Positions 51,394 through 51,979 of a DNA stretch of 51,979 bases are shown here, piece after piece. Below the pieces are notes generated by a model. It did not search any database. It was not told where the DNA came from and was given only the letters and a program-made list of their open reading frames with translations. Both the position numbers and the translations under genes were made by a program. This DNA is from Girardia tigrina (lineage: Eukaryota). Numbering within the stretch: the first letter of the stretch is position 1; every line of letters starts with the position of its first letter. Location of the stretch: NCBI GenBank assembly GCA_001938485.1, contig MQRK01252331.1, positions 40,403-92,381 of the forward strand, read 5' to 3'.

Positions 51394-51798
51394 GATATTA
51401 TAAACTTTATTTTTCGACAAACATTTGTATAAAGTAAATAATATTAAAATGATAATGTCTACGGAATAATTTATTTTTACCGTAATCTGACACTTAGTTT
51501 TCCTTTTGTCTTTCTGTAATCATATTGTAGTCAATTATAAACTGTTATTATACTTAAGTAATTTAATATTAAATTTTATAATTGTGTAGATAAGGATTTT
51601 TATATCAAATTATGTATCATGAAATATTTTCTATAACAATATATATATATTAGAAAGAAACTATTGAATGATCAATTATAATAATATAAATATTTTATTT
51701 TTAATATTTTTAGTAACGGAAAATTAATTGAAAATATCAGAAAAAAGTTAAATATGTATATATATATATATTATTGAGTCTTGTGAACGCAAGTTTAG

Positions 51799-51979
51799 TA
51801 TTTCGAAAATATAATTTGATTAAAGCTTTTTTAATACAACTATTGGACATGTTTCGATTTTTAAAAAAATCATCATCAGCAATTTTCTATTGGATTGTTT
51901 GAATAATACAATTTTTCACAATTTTAATAAATACAATTTACTTTAAATGGTAACGAAGAAATTAAACATTTTTATTTAT
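51799..51979 (-). repeat. Penelope pseudo-LTR, inverted near-identical copy of 363-540
   Basis: Reverse complement matches 363-540 almost base for base. Runs off the window end. Confidence 0.88.
51842..51883 (-). ncRNA. Minimal type I hammerhead ribozyme
   Basis: Reverse complement attg-CTGATGA-tgattttttt-aaaaatc-GAAA-catGTC-caat, the same as 457-498. Confidence 0.85.

Overview
Very AT-rich eukaryotic (metazoan-type) genomic DNA with six assembly gaps. It is not a prokaryotic locus: I see no operon, CRISPR array, rRNA or tRNA. Almost the whole window is intron of one + strand host gene that the ORF track does not recover as a gene. Five phase-compatible internal exons (619-750, 19603-19690, 38760-38887, 38947-39099, 50237-50401) splice into an open 666-nt frame encoding alternating EB-like and EGF-like six-cysteine modules. 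The introns are about 18.9 kb, 19.1 kb, 59 bp (GC-AG) and 11.1 kb. They are filled with mostly decayed transposons: (1) seven Tc1/mariner-superfamily elements; (2) nine copies or fragments of one Ty3/Gypsy LTR, four of them solo LTRs with exact 5-bp TSDs and one still attached to its polypurine tract and integrase; (3) further Gypsy integrase relics; (4) Penelope-like fragments carrying minimal type I hammerhead ribozymes; (5) a NeSL/Utopia/R2-type RT plus restriction-like endonuclease element; (6) an RTE-like RT relic followed by a Ulp1 protease domain; (7) non-autonomous Helitron-like elements with telomere-like hexamer arrays. There is also a histone H4 pseudogene. I cannot claim a proven novel system. 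The best leads are the near-identical inverted ribozyme-bearing repeats bracketing an in-frame five-exon block, the sense-strand intronic hammerheads, the RT-then-Ulp1 architecture, the conserved E-box-containing LTR motif, and several unclassified coding relics. All translations and alignments were done by eye, and the species cannot be determined from this window.
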